64,000 bases of DNA from Acidobacteriota bacterium (lineage in GTDB: Bacteria; Acidobacteriota; UBA890; WLXD01). The notes under the pieces are model-generated. The model saw only the letters and a program-made list of their open reading frames with translations. It searched no databases and was not told where the DNA came from. Both the position numbers and the translations under genes were made by a program. Positions 59,400 through 64,000 of the stretch are shown one piece after another (position 1 is the first letter of the stretch; each line of letters opens with the position of its first letter). The stretch covers positions 96,001 through 160,000 of the forward strand of contig CAXWPH010000002.1 of assembly GCA_963666055.2 (NCBI GenBank), written 5' to 3'.

Positions 59400-60196
59400 A
59401 CGACCTGGTGGTAGTCAAGCTCGGTGGCAGCTTGATCACGAACAAGCGCCGCCATCGAACGGTGAGGCGGGCTGAGCTTTCGCGACTCGCCGGCGAGATC
59501 GCGGCGCTCACCCGCCGCTTTGGATTCCCGATGCTGTTAGGGCACGGTAGTGGGTCCTTTGGGCACGTGGCGGCAGCGGAGTCAGGCGTTCACGACGGGA
59601 TGGCCGGGCGTCGTGCGCGGGTCGGTGTGTCGCAGACGCAGGCTGCAGCTGCAGAGCTGCACGCGATCGTGATGAGCGCTCTGCGCGATGCCGGTGTGGC
59701 TGCCTACTCGGTGGCGCCGTCGAGCGCTATTGTCGCCAGAGGCCCCGGTCTTCGGCCGAGCGTGCACCTGGAGCCGGTGCTCCGAGCGCTCGACAGTGGG
59801 CTGCTACCCGTTACGTATGGCGACATCGTCATGGACCGGCAACGTGGCTGCTCGATTTGCTCGACCGAAATGGCGCTGCTGGCGTTCGTTCGCTCGCTAC
59901 GCTCGTCAAATCGGCGTGTCTCCGACGCCATCTGGCTCGGAGACACCGACGGCATTCTGGATGCGGCTGGGGTGAGCGTTACTCGCGTCCGCTTGCGAGA
60001 CGCCAGGCGCGTCCGCCGCCTGGTGAGTGGCGCGGCCGCGACCGACGTGACCGGCGGCATGCGCCATCGGTTCGAGGCGGCGTTGGCGCTGGCCCGCATT
60101 GGCGTACGGTCCTATCTGCTCGATGGCCGTCGACCGGGCATCCTGCGACGTGCGCTGCGGGGCACCGCGGTGCCGGGGACAATCGTCGAGCGTTGA
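59396..60196 (+). CDS. ipk: Isopentenyl phosphate kinase (amino acid kinase family)
   Basis: VVKLGGSLITNK, GHGSGSFGH, PVTYGD, ICSTE, DVTGGM, typical of IPK. Confidence 0.9.
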   Translation: MNDLVVVKLGGSLITNKRRHRTVRRAELSRLAGEIAALTRRFGFPMLLGHGSGSFGHVAAAESGVHDGMAGRRARVGVSQTQAAAAELHAIVMSALRDAGVAAYSVAPSSAIVARGPGLRPSVHLEPVLRALDSGLLPVTYGDIVMDRQRGCSICSTEMALLAFVRSLRSSNRRVSDAIWLGDTDGILDAAGVSVTRVRLRDARRVRRLVSGAAATDVTGGMRHRFEAALALARIGVRSYLLDGRRPGILRRALRGTAVPGTIVER

Positions 60197-60276
60197 CCGG
60201 CGGCGGCTTCGTTGCCTGGGCCGCGCCCCCGCCAGGGTGGATAATGGACCTCGGCCAGCCAAAGCCAGGCGCACGC

Positions 60277-61197
60277 ATGGACCGCATCGAAGACCTTCTC
60301 GAGAAGACCAGCCGCACGTTCGCGCTATCGATCCCGTTGCTGCCGGAGCCGACCCGCCGCGAGCTTGGCATCGCCTACCTGCTGTTCCGCATTGCGGACA
60401 CCTTCGAGGACGCGTCGCAATGGGACCGACAGCAGCGCATCGATGCCCTCGAAGAGTTCATGAGCCTGGTTCGAGATCCGGACGAGCAGCGCGCCGCCGA
60501 GCTGGGACGTAGGTGGGCCGCCTCCGTACCGATTGACCATCCCGGCTATCTCGAGCTACTCGGCGAATCCGCAACCGTGATCCGGGAATACCAGCGTCTG
60601 CGACCTGACGCACGGGAGATCATCCGTGAGCACACGTTGCGGACCGTTGCTGGCATGTCCGGATTCGTCAAGCGCTCTGTCGATGGCGTGCTCAAGCTCG
60701 AGTCTCTCGCTGACTTGCGCGAGTACTGTTACGTGGTTGCCGGTATCGTCGGTGAGCTCAGCACTGATCTGTTCCTCCTCGAGCGCCCCCAGCTGGCGTC
60801 GTCGATCGAGTTCTTGCGACAGCGCGCTGCGCGGTTTGGCGAGGCGCTGCAACTGGTCAACATCCTCAAGGATGCCGCCACCGACCGGCGTGAGGGTCGG
60901 CGTTACCTGCCTGCAGCGTTGAAGCGCAAGGAGATCTTCCGGTTGGCCCGCGAAGACCTCCGAGTAGCAGCCCATTACACCAACGCACTGCAGGCGGCGG
61001 GTGCGCCGCGCGGCATCGTCGCGTTCTGCGCGCTACCTACACGGCTGGCCGTCGTCGCCCTCGACATCGTCGAGCGGTGCGGGCCCGGCGCGAAGATCTC
61101 ACGCCAAGACGTTGCCGACATCGTCGAGGCCCTGAACCTAGATCTCGACGTCGGTGCTCCCGCGGTGGCGATTCCAGCAACCGCGAAACCGACGTGA
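60277..61197 (+). CDS. Squalene/phytoene synthase family, single-subunit squalene synthase-like (alternative ATG 60244)
   Basis: KTSRTFAL, YLLFRIADTFED, YCYVVAGIVGE, LQLVNILKD, EGRRYLP. Confidence 0.88.
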   Translation: MDRIEDLLEKTSRTFALSIPLLPEPTRRELGIAYLLFRIADTFEDASQWDRQQRIDALEEFMSLVRDPDEQRAAELGRRWAASVPIDHPGYLELLGESATVIREYQRLRPDAREIIREHTLRTVAGMSGFVKRSVDGVLKLESLADLREYCYVVAGIVGELSTDLFLLERPQLASSIEFLRQRAARFGEALQLVNILKDAATDRREGRRYLPAALKRKEIFRLAREDLRVAAHYTNALQAAGAPRGIVAFCALPTRLAVVALDIVERCGPGAKISRQDVADIVEALNLDLDVGAPAVAIPATAKPT

Positions 61198-61226
61198 CCA
61201 AGCCGGTGTCCGGCGCTGCTCCGAGA

Positions 61227-62048
61227 TCACTTTTCGGCACCTTCGGGGTTAGCTCTCTTGGCGCGGTCGATCCAGGCGTCGGCGTCCGGATGGCCCCGTT
61301 GCTGCCATTCCCGGGCTCGATCCATAGTCCGCCGATAGGCGTCGCGGCTTGCCGCGGCGTCGTCGACTTCGGCGTAGGCCTCGGCTAGCGCGAGGAGGTT
61401 GGGGGGGTACTCGGGGTAGAGCTCGACTGCGCGTCGCGCCTGCTCCAGGCCCTCGTCCGCGTCTCCGGGACCGGTGGGCCAGCCGGGCGCTTGCACCAGC
61501 ATTTGCGACAACACGCGCCGAGGTCCCGCGTAGTCGAGACGTTCGTGCCCGGCGATGGCAGCACGGAGCTCGCGTTCCATCGTGCGTAGCCCGTCCGAAG
61601 CCGTGGCGCGACGCTGGTTGGCTTGTACGCCGACGGCGATCGCCAGCCAGTAGTGGCAGTCCGGGTTCGTTGGCTCGCGCCTTCGGCACCACTGGGCCGT
61701 TTGCACTGCCTCGGTGGCCTTGTCCTTACGAGCCTGCGGATCGTCCAAATGCTCCCCGAGCCAGGTCTGTGCCCTCACGGCACCGATGATTGCCAGTGCG
61801 CTCGACGGACGGGCGATGGCGGATCGGATCCAGAGGGCCTCGGCCTGACGCACCGCGTCGACCTTGGGGCGTAGCCCGAACGCTTCCTCGGCGGCGGTAG
61901 CCAGACGGGCAGCCTCCTCCTCGTCGATGCGTTCCGGATCGACGCGGCCGAGCGCCGAGCTCGTGTCGAGCGGCTGGAGCGCAGCGACACACGCGGACGA
62001 AGCGAGAGCTGCGGCTGCCAGTAAGGCGGCGGATCGACGAAGGCTCAT
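61227..62048 (-). CDS. TPR lipoprotein, TatT/BstC-like
   Basis: SSAC lipobox; CHYWLAIAVG, DYAGPRRVL...QAPGWPTGPGD, P.YPPN..ALAEA. Confidence 0.75.
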   Translation of the reverse strand: MSLRRSAALLAAAALASSACVAALQPLDTSSALGRVDPERIDEEEAARLATAAEEAFGLRPKVDAVRQAEALWIRSAIARPSSALAIIGAVRAQTWLGEHLDDPQARKDKATEAVQTAQWCRRREPTNPDCHYWLAIAVGVQANQRRATASDGLRTMERELRAAIAGHERLDYAGPRRVLSQMLVQAPGWPTGPGDADEGLEQARRAVELYPEYPPNLLALAEAYAEVDDAAASRDAYRRTMDRAREWQQRGHPDADAWIDRAKRANPEGAEK

Positions 62049-62938
62049 CGAGCCGCCGAGTACGCCGCCCGGGCAAGGTCCAGCGCCTCGGCGTCCAGGG
62101 CTTCGAAGCGCTCTAGTCGCATGGTTTCGAGCACGTCAGCGAAGCTCGCCGACTGGTGGATGCCGAGCAGCCCGTGGACTAACTGCCGACGCACCGGCTC
62201 GTCGACGCGGTCGCCCACGACGACGACGAGCCAGGCCAAGAGAGGCGGTGACGTCGCCACCACCTCGAGCGACTCCGCGCCCGGAAACGAAGCCAACGCG
62301 GCAGTCTGGTTGCCATCGAGAAGTACGGCAACTTCCTCGCCGGCGGCCACACGCCGTATGCCGGCAAGGACCCGCCGTGTGAACTTGACGGAAAGCGAAT
62401 CCGGCAGCTCCCCCCAATGCGCCAGTGCCGGCCCGCGTACGAAACCGGGTGCGTATGCCGGAATGCCTAGTAGCTCCCAGCCGGAGAGCGAGGCGGGCCC
62501 GGTGACCGCTCCGGCGAAAGCCACCAGGCTCCAGCGCTCGGTGGCGCTCCCGGACGCCTGTACCGCCTGCACCACCGCCGTGAGCACCAGCTCCTGCTCG
62601 TACTTCAGATATAGCGGTAGTGGCACCAACGCCAGCGACGTGGCGTGGTCGCGTAGACGGCCTACCCCGGCTTCCTCGCTCGGATGGTATTCGGCCGTCA
62701 AGGTCCCGGTCGGCCACCCTGAGGCGTCCGAGACCATCGCTGCGAAGTCGTTCATCGTCGGCTGCGCCTGCTCGGTGTTGCTCGGATACCCTGGCGCGCA
62801 GGCCACCAGCCGCAGAGTCTCCAGGTCGGCGGATACGCCAGCCTGACTCCCACCGCCTGCCGTCGTCGCAGCTGCCGTCGTCGCACAAAGCGCCACCGCG
62901 AAGAGAAGCTTGTTCATCGTCGGCGCAGAATCGTTCAT
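62045..62938 (-). CDS. Periplasmic substrate-binding protein, PhnD/BstB-like
   Basis: Signal peptide; ACAPGYPSNTEQAQPTMNDF, GWP.G.L.AEY, VAVLLD..Q, SPPL; 4-nt overlap with the downstream lipoprotein gene. Confidence 0.7.
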   Translation of the reverse strand: MNDSAPTMNKLLFAVALCATTAAATTAGGGSQAGVSADLETLRLVACAPGYPSNTEQAQPTMNDFAAMVSDASGWPTGTLTAEYHPSEEAGVGRLRDHATSLALVPLPLYLKYEQELVLTAVVQAVQASGSATERWSLVAFAGAVTGPASLSGWELLGIPAYAPGFVRGPALAHWGELPDSLSVKFTRRVLAGIRRVAAGEEVAVLLDGNQTAALASFPGAESLEVVATSPPLLAWLVVVVGDRVDEPVRRQLVHGLLGIHQSASFADVLETMRLERFEALDAEALDLARAAYSAAR

Positions 62939-62984
62939 CGTGGGGAGGGTTGTCAGTATTCTTCGAAAGAATACCTGCCACCTG

Positions 62985-64000
62985 TCAACGGCGCGCGATC
63001 CCGCTCACGATCAACAGGTTCGGCAGCACGATCAAGGCGGCGACAGTGCAAGCGCCCACCCCTAGCAGCAGTACGACCCCAAGGCTCGCCATGCCGCGGT
63101 GTGTAGCAAACACGAGGCTTCCGAATCCCACCATGGTCGTAAGCGAAGCGATGAGGATCGCCCGCCCGGTATGCGAAACGACCGTCATGATGCCGGCGCC
63201 GCCCTCTAGTCGCAGTCGGTGGACGATGTGTACTCCGGCATCGATGCCGACTCCCAGGACGATCGGCACCGCCACCAGGTTGGCGAAATTAAACGACAGA
63301 CCGAGCGCCCACATGAGTCCGAGCATCCATACCGTCCCGAAGAAAACCGGGACGAGGGCGAGAGCCGTGTGCCGCGCGTTGCGCAGATCCAGCAGCAGCA
63401 CCAGGAACACGACCAACGCGGCGCTCGCGAATGCTAGCCCGAACCCCGAGGTGATCAAGGCAGAGTGGGTTTCGAAGAGCACCGGAAAGCCGATGGCGTC
63501 GTTGGCGACGCGGCGCGACGCGAAGTTGAACTGTCGCAGGAAGCGGGTGTCATAAATATCGCCTGCCGGGAACAGATAGCCAACGTATCGGTCGTCCTCG
63601 GTGATGAATCGATCGACGATGTCTGAAGGCAAGGATGCTCGGGTCGGGAGCGGCACGCCGGCGGCGTCGCGCAGCTGCTGTAGGACGCTGAACGCCTCGA
63701 GGCGCAGGGCCTCCTGTGCCTCGGCCCACTCGGCGATCCGCTCGCGGCTCGCCGCGATCGTTAGCTCGATGGCTCTTGCGGTCACCTGACGGGCCTCTTC
63801 CAAGGCTCCGGACACCCCTCCCAGCCCGGCAACGAAAGCGTCGTCGGCGGCGATGGCCAAGGCAGACTCTAGTCGCGACAGCGAGTCACTCAGGCGGCGG
63901 CCGTCGAACGCCGCCTCGCCCACCTCGATGACTTCCAGAGTCCGGCGGAGGCGCGCCGCGGCGGCCTCCGACGCCAACGGTTGATCGGGCAGGAATGCGA
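62985..64000 (-). CDS. RND/MMPL family lipid transporter (HpnN/BstA-like), 5' end beyond window
   Basis: C-terminal TM repeat: LALVPV, NFANLVAVPIVLGVGIDAGVHIVHR, TGRAILIASLTTMVGFGSL, GMASLG; the frame is open to the window edge. Confidence 0.9.
   Translation of the reverse strand, partial: AFLPDQPLASEAAAARLRRTLEVIEVGEAAFDGRRLSDSLSRLESALAIAADDAFVAGLGGVSGALEEARQVTARAIELTIAASRERIAEWAEAQEALRLEAFSVLQQLRDAAGVPLPTRASLPSDIVDRFITEDDRYVGYLFPAGDIYDTRFLRQFNFASRRVANDAIGFPVLFETHSALITSGFGLAFASAALVVFLVLLLDLRNARHTALALVPVFFGTVWMLGLMWALGLSFNFANLVAVPIVLGVGIDAGVHIVHRLRLEGGAGIMTVVSHTGRAILIASLTTMVGFGSLVFATHRGMASLGVVLLLGVGACTVAALIVLPNLLIVSGIARR

Overview
This is a high-GC (roughly two-thirds G+C by eye) bacterial chromosomal window. 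The PadR plus duplicated-permease (ADOP-type) modules and the VWA-TPR protein suggest Acidobacteriota or a similar lineage (inference). The left two-thirds carry housekeeping and accessory genes: partial type-2 ileS, rpmG, rpmB, apaH, sdaA, an oxidoreductase-SelD fusion, malic enzyme, a cobalamin riboswitch in front of a BtuB-like receptor, GH109 and GH99-like hydrolases, and three PadR-permease modules. The right end (54.0-64.0 kb) is the most notable part. It holds an operon for an archaeal/Chloroflexi-style modified mevalonate pathway (fni, class I hmgA, mvk, mvaD-family decarboxylase, ipk, with no phosphomevalonate kinase), followed by a single-subunit squalene synthase and preceded by an HpnG-like phosphorylase. 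This operon converges on a three-gene RND/MMPL + periplasmic binding protein + TPR lipoprotein unit resembling the BstABC sterol transport system. The window also contains two families of CTAG-bounded ~280-bp MITE-like elements with 34-bp terminal inverted repeats, seen as full, truncated, minimal and hybrid copies, several of which supply stop codons or an RBS. There is also a recurrent pattern of in-frame deletion or fusion scars that create chimeric genes. No rRNA, tRNA, CRISPR array or transposase was recognised.
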